DNA of 32,000 nt from Mycoplasmoides genitalium G37 (GCF_000027325.1 NC_000908.2:270001-302000), one strand, 5' to 3'. Positions 9,537 through 20,647 are shown, counted from the first letter of the stretch. Translations and numbers: made by a program. Notes: generated by a model not told the origin, from the letters alone.

Positions 9537-9806
9537 GCTTCCAAAAAAGGGGTTGGTTCCACTAAGAATGGACGTGATTCACATTCTAAGCGCTTGGGCG
9601 CTAAGAAGGCAGATGGTCAGATGATTAGAGTTGGTCAGATTATCTATAGACAAAGGGGAACTAAGATCTTTGCAGGACAAAATGTTGCAATGGGTAGTGA
9701 TAACACCCTCTTTGCTTTGAGCGATGGCATTGTCCGCTTTCAAAAGTTTGGTAGTAAACAAAGCAAAACCCGGGTTAACATCATCAAACACCAACTAAAT
9801 GCCTAA
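9492..9806 (+). CDS. rpmA: 50S ribosomal protein L27 (with N-terminal propeptide)
   Basis: The sequence ...[34 protein letters not shown] is a canonical L27. I chose ATG 9492 as the start (8-nt overlap ATGAGTAA with prp). In-frame ATG 9480, four codons upstream, is an alternative. Confidence 0.92.
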
Positions 9807-10674
9807 GCTACTGGGTAGCTTTATTAGCTTTAAAGCCCCCAATTACTTTGTTCAAAGTGCTCAGGATGCAATTGCTATTGATGCAACTGCTCTAATGGTA
9901 TTTTTAGGTCCACCCCATTCTGCTTACCGTGTTCCTTTTAACAAGATGCAGTTTAGTTTGGGCTATGAGTTGTTAAAAACAAAGAATATTAATAGTAATG
10001 GTTTGGTTGTTCATGCTCCATATATCATTAACTGTGCATCAAAAGACCCACTAAAACAGCAGAATGCTATCAGTGTTTTAACCAATGAGATTCAGCTTTG
10101 TAACTTGGCTGGTGCTCACTATTTAGTTTTGCATCCAGGTTCTGCAGTAGCCCAAACAACCAACGAAGCATTAGATAACCTGGTTAAAGTACTCAATCAA
10201 GTTATCAATAAAACCAAAACAACAGTTATTTGCCTTGAAACAATGGCTGGTAAGGGTAATGAGATAGGCAGAGACTTAACTGAGTTGAAATATGTTATTG
10301 ACAGGATCGTTGATAAAGATAGGATCGGGGTTTGTCTTGATACCTGTCACTTCCATGATAGTGGGATTGACTTTAGTGATCTAACTGGTGTTTTTAACAC
10401 CATTACAACTAAACTTGGTTTTGAGTTTCTCAAAGTAATCCATTTAAATGAATCTAAAAATAATTGTGGTTCTAAAAAAGATAGGCATGCTAATATCAAT
10501 GCTGGGATGATTGGTTTTGAGAACTTAATGAAGTTCATTAGTCACCCCCAAATTAAGGATTTACCTATTATCTTAGAAACCCCTTCAACTAGTTTAAACT
10601 ACCCAACTATTTACCGTGAAGAGATTAGTCAAATCCGCAGCTGATTTAAAACTTACCAACCAGATGCTAACTAG
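9799..10674 (+). CDS. nfo: Endonuclease IV (AP endonuclease)
   Basis: Track ORF 9799-10644 continues through TGA 10642-10644 to TAG 10672-10674, giving 291 aa. Nfo metal-site motifs are present: [44 protein letters not shown]. Confidence 0.93.
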
Positions 10675-11086
10675 TTATGTGAAGGTATTAGAACAAAACA
10701 ATCTGCGCTTAACAAAACCGCGGATTGCTTTATTAAAGTGTTTAATTGAACACCAAGATTGGCATAATCTCTCCCAAATTAAAACCCACCTTGATTTAGC
10801 CAATCAACCCTCAACACTCGCTTCTATCTACAACAACTTAAGAATCCTAGCTAAACTTAAACTGATTAACATCTTTGTAGATCCAGAGCGGTTTGAAACT
10901 TACTATTGCCTGCGCCATGCAGAGCATAACCATATCTATCTTTTTGATGAAGTTAAACAGCAGTTTTTTACCTTACCTTTAACAGATGGCCAAATTAAAA
11001 CATTGCTTGAAACCCAAAACCATACCAGTAAGGTAAAGCTTAATGATTTTTATATTGTTGCTAGGGGTGAGATAAACAATGATTAA
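10664..11086 (+). CDS. Fur-family-like winged-helix regulator with degenerate metal sites
   Basis: [26 protein letters not shown]...[19 protein letters not shown] follows the Fur DNA-binding domain pattern (R.T.qR..il..l...h.sa..i......s.aTvYr.L..l). An HAEHNH motif is present, but both CxxC pairs are absent. I chose ATG 10664 as the start (140 aa); the track's ATG 10616 is possible but lies deep inside nfo. Confidence 0.65.
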
Positions 11087-11963
11087 CAAACCAAACCAAT
11101 TTTTAAACCACCTTGATGGCTTAAAGCAACATTTTTCTGATTATGATTCACTACAAAAATCCTTTAAGAAATATCTATCAGAAAATCAAACTGAACTTAA
11201 CAATTTCTTTTTTAACCAGTTTGAAAAGATCATTGTTCTGGTCAAAAAAAAGGAGTTTAAAACTGCTCAAGAGAGGTGTGAAGAGGAGTTAGCTACCCCT
11301 TATTTTTCAAAGCCATTGGTTGGTTTTTTCCAATCACTATTACAACTAATTAACCATGATCTCATCGAACAGAAAAACCAACAGTTAGCTAACATGAGTT
11401 GTGAAAAAATTGTGGAGATGGTGTTAAGTGATTACCCCAATAAACTTAACTTAATCCACTATTTGTTAGCAAAAGAAGCGAGTTTTGTAAACCCTAACCT
11501 TTTACAGCGGATGACTTTTGTGTTAACTGATCTTGAACTGTTAGAGTTAAAGCGTTTCTCTTTTTTTAAAGCCCTTAACCAGATACCTGCTTTTAAAAAC
11601 CACAAAGTAACATACTTTAACAGCAAACTCAAACAGAAGTTTGTAATAACATTAGGTGAATTTGCTTTCCCCCAAACTGATAAAACCAAACAGTTTTTCC
11701 AACAACTAATTAAAAAAGTAAGTCAACTGTTTTTAAAAGAACCTGTTAGTTGTGAATTTGCTTATGAAATTATTGATGCATTACTCGTCAGTTTTTTTCC
11801 ACTCCATCCTAATTTAGAAGTAAACCACTTAGCTAAAAAGATCCACCAGTATGTTAGTAAGATTGTCATTAATGAAGTTGTTGATCTGAAAGATCCAACC
11901 ACTAAACTAATTGTTGATACACTTTATGAACAGTTAGATAGAGCAATTGGTGAGGAAAATTAA
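11079..11963 (+). CDS. Hypothetical protein, predicted all-helical and soluble (function unknown)
   Basis: An intact 294-aa ORF whose start overlaps the upstream stop by 8 nt (ATGATTAA). I recognise no motif. Coding is supported by its length and tight operon context. Confidence 0.75.
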
Positions 11964-11992
11964 AATTAAGTTAGCACTAGTAGATACAAAAG

Positions 11993-13327
11993 ATGAAGTT
12001 ATACAAAGTTCTTAACAGTAAAACAACTGATAAAAGTCTTTGTTTGGAAGTTGAGATTGATCCAAATTACTGACAAGCTACCCAAAAAAAACTAGTAGGT
12101 GAAATGGCTAAATCGATAAAAATTAAGGGTTTTCGTCCCGGTAAAATCCCCCCTAATTTAGCCAGTCAGTCGATTAATAAAGCTGAATTAATGCAAAAAA
12201 GTGCCCAAAACGTCATGAACAGTATTTATGAATCAGTTCAACAAGAAGAGATCGTTGCTAGTAATGATAATGTCATTGATGATTATCCTACCATTGATTT
12301 CAAAACGATCACTGAACAAAACTGTGTACTTTTGTTTTACTTTGATCTGATCCCTAACTTTCAACTCCCTGATTACAAAAAGATAAAAGATTTAACACCA
12401 CTTACCAAGTTAACTGAAGCTGAATTTAACAACGAAATTGAAAAGCTGGCAAAAACTAAAAGCACAATGGTAGATGTTAGTGATAAAAAACTAGCTAATG
12501 GTGATATTGCTATCATTGATTTCACTGGGATAGTTGATAACAAAAAACTAGCATCAGCTTCAGCACAAAACTATGAATTGACAATTGGTTCAAATAGCTT
12601 TATTAAGGGTTTTGAAACCGGGTTAATAGCAATGAAAGTTAACCAGAAAAAAACTTTAGCACTAACTTTTCCTAGTGATTATCATGTTAAGGAGTTGCAA
12701 TCAAAACCAGTTACATTTGAAGTAGTTTTAAAAGCAATTAAAAAACTGGAATTCACCCCAATGGATGAAACTAATTTCAAATCCTTTCTCCCTGAACAAT
12801 TCCAAAGCTTTACTTCTCTAAAGGCATTTAAGAGTTATTTTCATAAGCTAATGGAAAACAAAAAACAAGAGACAATTCTCCAGGAGAATAACCAAAAAAT
12901 TCGTCAGTTCTTACTTACTAATACCAAACTTCCTTTTCTTCCAGAAGCGTTAATTAAACTAGAAGCTAACCGCTTGTTAAAGCTCCAGCAAAGCCAAGCT
13001 GAACAATATAAAATCCCCTTTGAAAAACTCTTAAGTGCTTCTAATATCACCCTAACAGAGTTACAAGATCGCAACATAAAAGAAGCTAAGGAAAATGTTA
13101 CCTTTGCTTTGGTAATGAAAAAGATAGCTGACATTGAAAAGATTAAGGTTGATAATAACAAGATTAAAGCTGAAATTGAAAATGTTATTGCTGTTGAATA
13201 TCCCTTTGCTAGTGATGAAATGAAAAAACAACTCTTTTTTAATATGGAACAACAAAAGGAGTTTGTGGAATCAATTATCATCAACAGATTAACAACAACT
13301 AAAATCGTTAGCTATTCAACTCATTAG
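11993..13327 (+). CDS. tig: Trigger factor (ribosome-associated PPIase chaperone)
   Basis: ATG 11993 is in the same frame as track ORF 12104-13327 and joined to it across TGA, giving 444 aa. The N-terminus [28 protein letters not shown]...[11 protein letters not shown] carries the trigger-factor ribosome-binding signature GFRxGxxP. Confidence 0.93.
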
Positions 13328-13350
13328 CACTCAAAGCTTGTGAGTGCTAA
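13324..13350. promoter_or_regulatory. CIRCE operator (HrcA binding site) upstream of lon
   Basis: TTAGCACTC-AAAGCTTGT-GAGTGCTAA matches the CIRCE consensus TTAGCACTC-N9-GAGTGCTAA exactly. The left arm contains the tig stop codon TAG 13325-13327. Confidence 0.9.
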
Positions 13351-13356
13351 GAAATG

Positions 13357-13365
13357 TGTTAAAAT
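13357..13365 (+). promoter_or_regulatory. Candidate extended -10 promoter element for lon (TGtTAAAAT)
   Basis: A TGnTAAAAT sequence lies 6 nt downstream of CIRCE and about 30 nt upstream of the lon ATG at 13396. Confidence 0.5.
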
Positions 13366-13395
13366 TTATTGAAATTCCCTAATTAACTTTTAAAT

Positions 13396-15783
13396 ATGCC
13401 CGTTACGAAGAAAAGTCAGATCTTAGTAGTTAGAGGTCAAGTCATTTTTCCTTTTGTTCCCTTTAGTTTGGATGTTGGCAGGCCCCGTTCGCGTAAGATC
13501 ATCAAAGCGCTTAAAACTCTGAAAACCAAACGTTTGGTTTTAGTAACCCAAAAGTTTACTGGTGAACAAAACCCTGAGTTTAATGACATCTATCATGTCG
13601 GTACACTCTGTGAGATTGATGAGATAGTTGATGTTCCAGGGGTTGATAGTAAAACAGTAGACTACCGTATTAAAGGCAGAGGTTTACAACGGGTTTTAAT
13701 TGAAAAATTCTCAGATGCAGATATTAATGAAGTTAGTTACCAATTACTTAACTCCACAGTTAAAGATGAAGCTAATGTTGACAGGTTCTTACAGCGAATC
13801 TTTCCTGAAAAAGAAGAAATTGAACAGTTAATGGAAGGAGCTGAGAAGTTTTTAGAACTTGAAAACATCAGCAAAACAGTTAATGTTCCTAAGGGTTTAA
13901 AGCAACTTGATATTATCACCTTTAAACTGGCTAATCTTGTCCCTAACACTGAAAGTATTAAACAAGCTATCTTAGAGGAAAATGAGATAGCAAACCGATT
14001 GGAAAAGATTATCCAAGCAGGGATTGAAGATTTACAGAAGATCCAAGATTATGGTAGATCTAAAAACAAGGAAACTGAGTTTGATAAACTTGACAGTAAA
14101 ATTACCCGCAAAATTAACGAACAACTCTCAAGACAACAACGTGATTTCTATCTTCGTGAAAAGCTAAGAATTATCCGTGAAGAGATAGGGATTAGTTCCA
14201 AAAAAGAGGATGAAGTTGCTAGTATTAGAAAGAAACTGGATGAAAACCCTTACCCTGAAGCCATTAAAAAACGGATTTTAAGTGAACTTGAACACTATGA
14301 AAACTCTTCCTCCTCTTCCCAAGAATCAACCTTAACCAAAACTTACATTGATACGCTTTTAAACCTGCCTTGATGACAAAAGAGCAAAGATAACAGTGAT
14401 GTTAAAAACTTAATTAAGACGTTAGATAAAAACCACACTGGTTTAGATAAGGTTAAAGAAAGGATTGTTGAGTATTTAGCAGTACAACTAAGAACCCAAA
14501 AAAACAAAGGTCCTATTATGTGTTTAGTAGGTCCTCCTGGGGTTGGTAAATCAAGTCTAGCTAAGTCTATTGCAGAAGCATTAGATAAGAAGTTTGTCAA
14601 GATCTCATTAGGGGGAGTACATGATGAATCGGAAATCAGAGGTCACCGTAAAACTTACTTAGGTTCTATGCCAGGAAGGATTTTGAAAGGGATGACCCGT
14701 GCTAAGGTAATTAATCCCCTCTTTTTACTTGATGAAATTGATAAGATGACCTCCTCCAACCAAGGTTATCCTTCAGGTGCTTTACTTGAAGTATTAGATC
14801 CAGAGTTAAATAATAAGTTTAGTGATAACTATGTTGAAGAAGATTATGATCTTTCTAAAGTAATGTTTATCGCTACTGCAAACTACATAGAAGATATCCC
14901 TGAAGCTTTACTTGATAGGATGGAGATAATTGAACTCACTTCCTATACAGAACAAGAGAAGATTGAGATAGCAAAAAACCACTTAATTAAGCGTTGCCTT
15001 GAGGATGCTGATCTTAACAGTGAAGAATTGAAGTTCACTGATGAAGCAATCAGCTACATCATTAAGTTTTACACAAGAGAAGCGGGGGTTAGACAATTAG
15101 AACGATTAATCCAACAAGTTGTAAGAAAGTACATAGTAGCAATGCAAAAAGATGGCATCAAACAAGAAACGATTGATGTAAACGCTGTTAAAAAATACCT
15201 TAAGAAGGAGATCTTTGATCACACTATGCGTGATGAAGTGTCTCTACCTGGAATTGTCAACGGGATGGCATACACCCCAACTGGAGGGGACTTACTTCCC
15301 ATAGAAGTTACCCATGTTGCTGGTAAAGGAGAGTTGATCTTAACTGGTAATTTAAAGCAAACAATGCGAGAAAGCGCTAATGTTGCTTTAGGCTATGTAA
15401 AAGCTAATGCAGAGCGTTTTAACATTAATCCTAGTTTGTTTAAAAAGATTGATATTAACATCCATGTTCCAGGTGGGGGAATTCCTAAGGATGGACCTAG
15501 TGCTGGTGCTGCTTTGGTAACTGCAATCATCTCATCATTAACTGGTAAGAAAGTAGATCCTACAGTGGCTATGACAGGAGAGATCACTTTAAGAGGCAAA
15601 GTGTTGGTTATTGGTGGGGTGAAAGAAAAAACTATCTCAGCTTACCGCGGTGGGGTTACAACTATCTTTATGCCTGAGAAAAACGAGCGCTATTTAGATG
15701 AAGTACCCAAAGAGATAGTAGATAAACTTAACATTATCTTTGTTAAGGAATACAGTGATATCTACAACAAGCTTTTCAGTTAG
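13396..15783 (+). CDS. lon: ATP-dependent Lon protease
   Basis: Track ORFs 13396-14373 and 14518-15783 share frame 1 and join across tandem TGA-TGA 14371-14376 (LNLPWW), giving 795 aa. The Walker A motif GPPGVGKSS is present. The protease site is PKDGPSAGAALVTAIIS. Confidence 0.97.
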
Positions 15784-16832
15784 TCTTTAACTAGGTTTTG
15801 GACATATTTTAAGGTAATTAAATAGGCCTGTTTTAAGTTGCTTTTAGCTAGTTTTACTAGTTGATCAATCTCAATTCCCCCACTCCACTGTTCCTGTTTA
15901 CGGTTAGGTTCTAGTTTATCTGCTAAATAAACAATCATATCTAGCTTGCTAACTTGTTTTGGTGGGATGGTGTGGTTTTTGATGGCATTAATAATCATTT
16001 TATCTTTAACACCAAATCAGTTTTTTAAGATATAAGCCCCCACATAGCTATGTAATACTTTTCAACTTGGGTAGTTAGTTATCTTCAGTTCACTAGTTGC
16101 AATGTTAACTAACTGATCAACTGGTAGTTGTTTGGCCAAGTCATGATAAGCCCCAGCAACAAATGCTCTTTTAGCATCTAGTTTGTTTGCAATTGCTAGT
16201 TGTTTTGCTAGTTTACCAACCCTTAAACAGTGTTGAAACCTCTTATCATCAACCATTGCTTTTAAAGTGGGAATTAGATAGAGGTGATTGGTATTGATGT
16301 AATTTAAAACTGCCAGTGGTATCAGTTTTTTTCTAGGTTGATTTAAAAGTTTACTTGAAGCGATTTCAAGTGGGCATTTAGCCAAGTATTTAACATTAAA
16401 TTGGTTTGCTATTTTTTTATTAAAAGGATAAGGTTTTCGTTCATAACAAACAAACGTGCACAAATCTTTTAACTGTTGGATGTGATCTCACTTCTCAAGT
16501 TCATTTAATTTATCACTCCCTATTAAAAAATAGATTTCACTAGTTGGATAACAACTTTTAAAGTGGTTAACAGTATTAATTGAAAAAGCGTTTTTAGTTT
16601 TAATATCAAAATTGGAAACTAAAGCATTGTTGACTGATTTAATTGCTAGCTTTAACATAGCAATCCTATCCTTATTACTAGCATGAAAATTATTTTTAAA
16701 AATACCATTGTAAGTTGGTACAAAAAAAAGCTTTTGCGCTTTTATTTTTTTAATTGCATGTTTAGCAATGTAGAGATGGGCATTGTGAATAGGGTCAAAA
16801 GAACCACCAAAGATAATAATTTTTTGCTTCAA
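15780..16832 (-). CDS. nadD: Fusion protein: nicotinate-nucleotide adenylyltransferase (NadD) N-domain plus YqeK-type HD phosphohydrolase C-domain
   Basis: Three track ORFs (16488-16832, 16062-16463, 15780-15998) share one frame and are separated only by TGA codons (16488-90, 16062-64, 16017-19), giving 350 aa. The N-terminus IIIFGGSFDPIHNAHL is the NadD (H/T)xGH motif. The C-half has HCLRVGKLAKQLA...AGAYHDLAK (H...HD). The start codon is TTG (plus-strand CAA 16830-16832), with no upstream in-frame ATG before a stop. Confidence 0.88.
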
Positions 16833-16884
16833 AAAAGATCTTAAAACATTTAATTCTAACTAAAATAATTGTGACACAAGAGCA

Positions 16885-18747
16885 ATGATCCAAAAGGAGA
16901 TGGAGATCTATAACCTCTTTACTTTTCAAATTGATCTTGATAAAAAACTGTTGTTTGAAAAATCAAATGATCAGAAGAATTATTCCAAGATTAGAACCCA
17001 TTATTTCAAGCATAAATTCAAAAATAAAAGTGCTGTTTTTCTCAATAAAAACCTGATTAAAAATAGCTTAAATAAGGTTCTTTTAAACTTTTCTGATTTT
17101 GTTAGTGGTGCTGGAATTGATACAGTTTTTAACCAAATCATTGATGAAGATCCTGAGGTTTTAAACTATTTAAAGCAAGTTAAAAAAGATCTTTCCAAAG
17201 AAAACAACGCTACATCCCAACTAACCTTTAATGTAACTATTAACCCTAAAAACACCCTCGCCAATTTTTTTGAAGGATTTAATATTTATCTCCATTTTAA
17301 TGAAGAAAACAATACAGTGATAGGTAGTTTCTCACTACAATGACACATCAAAAAAACTGATCTGTTTTCTGAAACAAAAAACATTGCCATTAACAATTTA
17401 ATTCACACTTTTTGTAAGAACAACATGCATGAAATTAGTTTTATGCAGATCATTAATTGTTTTTCCAAAACAAAAATTAATAAACATGGTGAAATTGTTT
17501 TAAAAAGTTGTGCTTTTAAACAAAAATGACAAAATGTTGTTGCTGAAAAATACCCATTCTCAACTGCATCTAAAGATTTGGAGAAAATTAATGATTTTTT
17601 TGATGCTCTTTTTGTAATGCTATTATTGGTATGTCACCTCAATAAAAACCTGTTATGATTATGTGAAAAAACTGATTTTTTTGAATGAAAACCAAGTCAG
17701 AAAACTGCACTTTTTAAAGCTAATGATAGTGGAGCATACTTAGCTAGAATGCTGCTCTTTTTAAACGATTGGTACAACGAAAATCAAGCAATAACAACTG
17801 CTGACATTGAAAATGTTAATGAGGTTGAAGACATAGGAAAATTAGTTGAAAAATACAGCACTAATCAACCCCAAAAGTTATCGTTAAATTCAACAGTTTA
17901 TGTATTACAAACAAAACAAAAACAGTTTTTTTTAAAAAATGATTTCTTTTTTAATAATAACGAAGCAAAGCTGTTTTTTCTAATAACTATGAAGCCCAAT
18001 GTTTTTGGTCTTGATGATACAGCAATAGCAAATAACTTAAACCTTAAAAAAATTAGTGATTTTTTTAAAGAGATTGATTTTAATGATGAGGATATTCTAA
18101 ATGACTTTAAACAAGAACAGGAAAAGTTATTGGTTAGAAGAACATTTAACCAACTGTTATTTATGAACAAAAATACTGAAATTCTCAGTGTTGTCAATGA
18201 CAAGCAAAAGTCAGTAATCCATAACATTGTTTGAACCATTACTTATAGTAAAGCGATCATGTTAAAAGCCTTTGATTATTCCAAAGCCTTTGAAAAAAAC
18301 CGAACGAGTGATCCTTCCTTATTGCGATCTAATTTAACTGTTATCAACCGCTTAAGATACCTCAGTGAATACTTTCAAAATGCCTCACTTAAGTATGATC
18401 TACTCTACACTAAGGCCAAACAATATATGCAAATTGATAAATTTATCAACGACATGATTCGCAAGGTAAACCATGAGGATGAAATCTTTGGCAAATTTAA
18501 AGAAAGAATTTATTTAAGTTTGGGAATTATTAGTGCGGTAGTGTTTGGCATAGTTGAATTTTTTAACTGTGTATGGACTATCTTAACTGTTAGTCAAGAA
18601 GTGGTTGATAAAAGTGTTTTGGATCCAAGGAATATTATCTTTATTAGTATAGGTACTATTTTGGTTTTATTTCTTTTGGTTACTATCTTGGTTTTTATGA
18701 CAAGAAGACTTTATCTGTTTGAAATTAATAAAAAGCATAAAAATTAG
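16885..18747 (+). CDS. Large orphan protein with C-terminal two-helix membrane hairpin (paralogue A)
   Basis: Track ORFs 16885-17343, 17749-18234 and 18259-18747 share frame 1. I checked the gaps codon by codon: they contain only TGA, with no TAA/TAG, giving 620 aa. The N-terminal ~540 aa are Asn/Lys-rich and soluble. The C-terminus is ...IYLSLGIISAVVFGIVEFFNCVWTILTVS...NIIFISIGTILVLFLLVTILVFMTRRLY. Confidence 0.85.
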
Positions 18748-18752
18748 GAATC

Positions 18753-20645
18753 ATGAAATTCAATAAGTTAAACCTAAGTCATTGTATCTCTTTTTACATC
18801 TCAGAAGTTTCAGAAGTTTTCTTTGAAAGTATCAACCAACACCCTAGTCGTGATTTTGTTAATAACATTCTTCAAAAGATTAAAACTACTTTAAGTGAAG
18901 AAGAGCTTGAAAAGTTAAACAGTATTGAAGAAGTTACTAAGGATGAGAAGATTGTGATCATGCTCAACCATGTTTTGAAAAAGATTGTTTCTAAAACTGG
19001 TAGTTCTAAGTGTGACTTATTTAATGTAATCAAACAAGATAGGTTTAATTCTCCAGTGTATATCCAAAGTATTAATGCTTTTGAAAACAACCTTATTAAC
19101 AATGAATTTGCTGAAAGAAGGTATGACTATTTGATTGAAGTTAATAAAAATTCATACCTTAAAAAATTTGTCAATTCGATCAGAATTTCCTTCTTCTTAG
19201 ATTTAAGAGCACAAATTTTGTCAGGTTCATTTACCCTTAATTTAGTTAATAAGTCAATTGAAAAACAAAAAAAGACAGAAATTTTTAAAGATATTTTTGT
19301 TAATGCCTTAGTTAAGCATTTTATCTGTAATCAACTTTATCCTATCTCTTTAAATTCCTTTATTTTTGACAGTGAAAATCCTAGCAATAAACTCGCTCTA
19401 AAAGAACGGATTAAGCTTTTAAAAACAAACTGAAATTCCCTCTTTTTTGATAAGTTTTACAACTGTTTAAACAATAAAAATAAGCAGCAACTTCAAGAAA
19501 CTAGTGATGAGATGTTTTATGCAGTGATTAACACTTATTTAATCATGTTAATCTCTGTTGAAGAGTTAAGGGTTTACTTTACAAGTAAAGAACCAGCACT
19601 GATTTTAAAGGTATTAGATAAAAAAAACACACTAAGAGAAGATCCTGATCAAAACCCTGAAACTGATTTGTATGAACTAATACAGTTTATAGAACAAAAC
19701 TACTTAAAAAAAGATAAAAAAACCAGCTGAAATAAAAAAAAGGTACAGGATCTTGAACAGTTACTTGAAGAGATTAACAAGATTAATTTAGAAACAAAAA
19801 ATGAATCTTTAGCTTACCCTGATGAGATAACAGAATTGGAAATTGATAATGATAATTTTGTCTCTACAAAACAAGTATTTAGAAACCAATTAGAATTACA
19901 ACTTTTGCATGGGATTGTAATTAATCCTGAGAAGTATGGAATTGGCATGTGAAGTAGTTATTTTGCTGATTGAAGTGAGTACAAAAATTTAATAGAACAG
20001 ATGCTCAATCCCAAAAGTGGTAATGATTTTTATCAGTTTGAAAAGGACATAGATGAAAGCATATGTCAAATTAACAAAAAATATCTAACTTTTATTAGCA
20101 GTGATAGTAATACCTTTTTAATAGTTAAAAATGATGATGTAAAAGTTATTTCTAACTATGTATGAGCACAACTTTTCTTTGAAACAAGAAGGTGAATTAT
20201 CAATGACATTGAATTTGACTTGTATGAAAAAGGATTTGATAAAAGCCACTTTTCACGTAACATTGCTTTACTTGAAAGTCTCAGTTTTAGTTGATTAGAT
20301 CCTTTTTATGGTTTGACATCAATTAAAGAGATCATGCAGAAAATAGATAGTAAAAGTAATCTTAAAACCTCGATTGAAGAGATGGTAAATAGGTTTAAAC
20401 ATGAGCAGCGAATTAATAAAAAGGACAATGAAAGGGTGTTGATGATTTTTGCTTATATTGCTGCTTTTGTAGTAGGATTTATCAATTTTTTCTCAATGGT
20501 CTTTACTATTCTCACTGTAAGTGATCTAAATGCTGGGCTTACTGTACCTAACATCATTGTAATCAGTATCGCTAGTGTTTTAGCTTTTATTTTGATTGTG
20601 ATTGCTGTTTTATTTCGTTTTAAATGAAAACACATTAAGCACTAA
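18753..20645 (+). CDS. Large orphan protein with C-terminal two-helix membrane hairpin (paralogue B)
   Basis: Track ORFs 18753-19433, 19512-19730 and 20313-20627 share frame 3. The gaps contain only TGA (checked), and the frame continues through TGA 20625-27 to TAA 20643-45, giving 630 aa. The C-terminus ...VLMIFAYIAAFVVGFINFFSMVFTILTVS...NIIVISIASVLAFILIVIAVLFRFKW is homologous to the C-terminus of the upstream gene. Confidence 0.85.
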
Positions 20646-20647
20646 TA

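Noticed and set aside
11971-11979. A CIRCE-like half site TTAGCACTA just upstream of tig, preceded by TAAAAT at 11961-11966.
   Set aside because: Only the left arm is present. No GAGTGCTAA-like right arm follows within the 14 nt before the tig ATG, so an HrcA operator is not supported.
19734-19741. Homopolymeric A8 tracts inside coding regions (for example 19734-19741, 12084-12091 and one near 11245) as possible phase-variation switches.
   Set aside because: Runs of 8 A are expected by chance in a Lys/Asn-rich, AT-rich genome. They occur in housekeeping genes such as tig, and there is no evidence of length heterogeneity in a single sequence.
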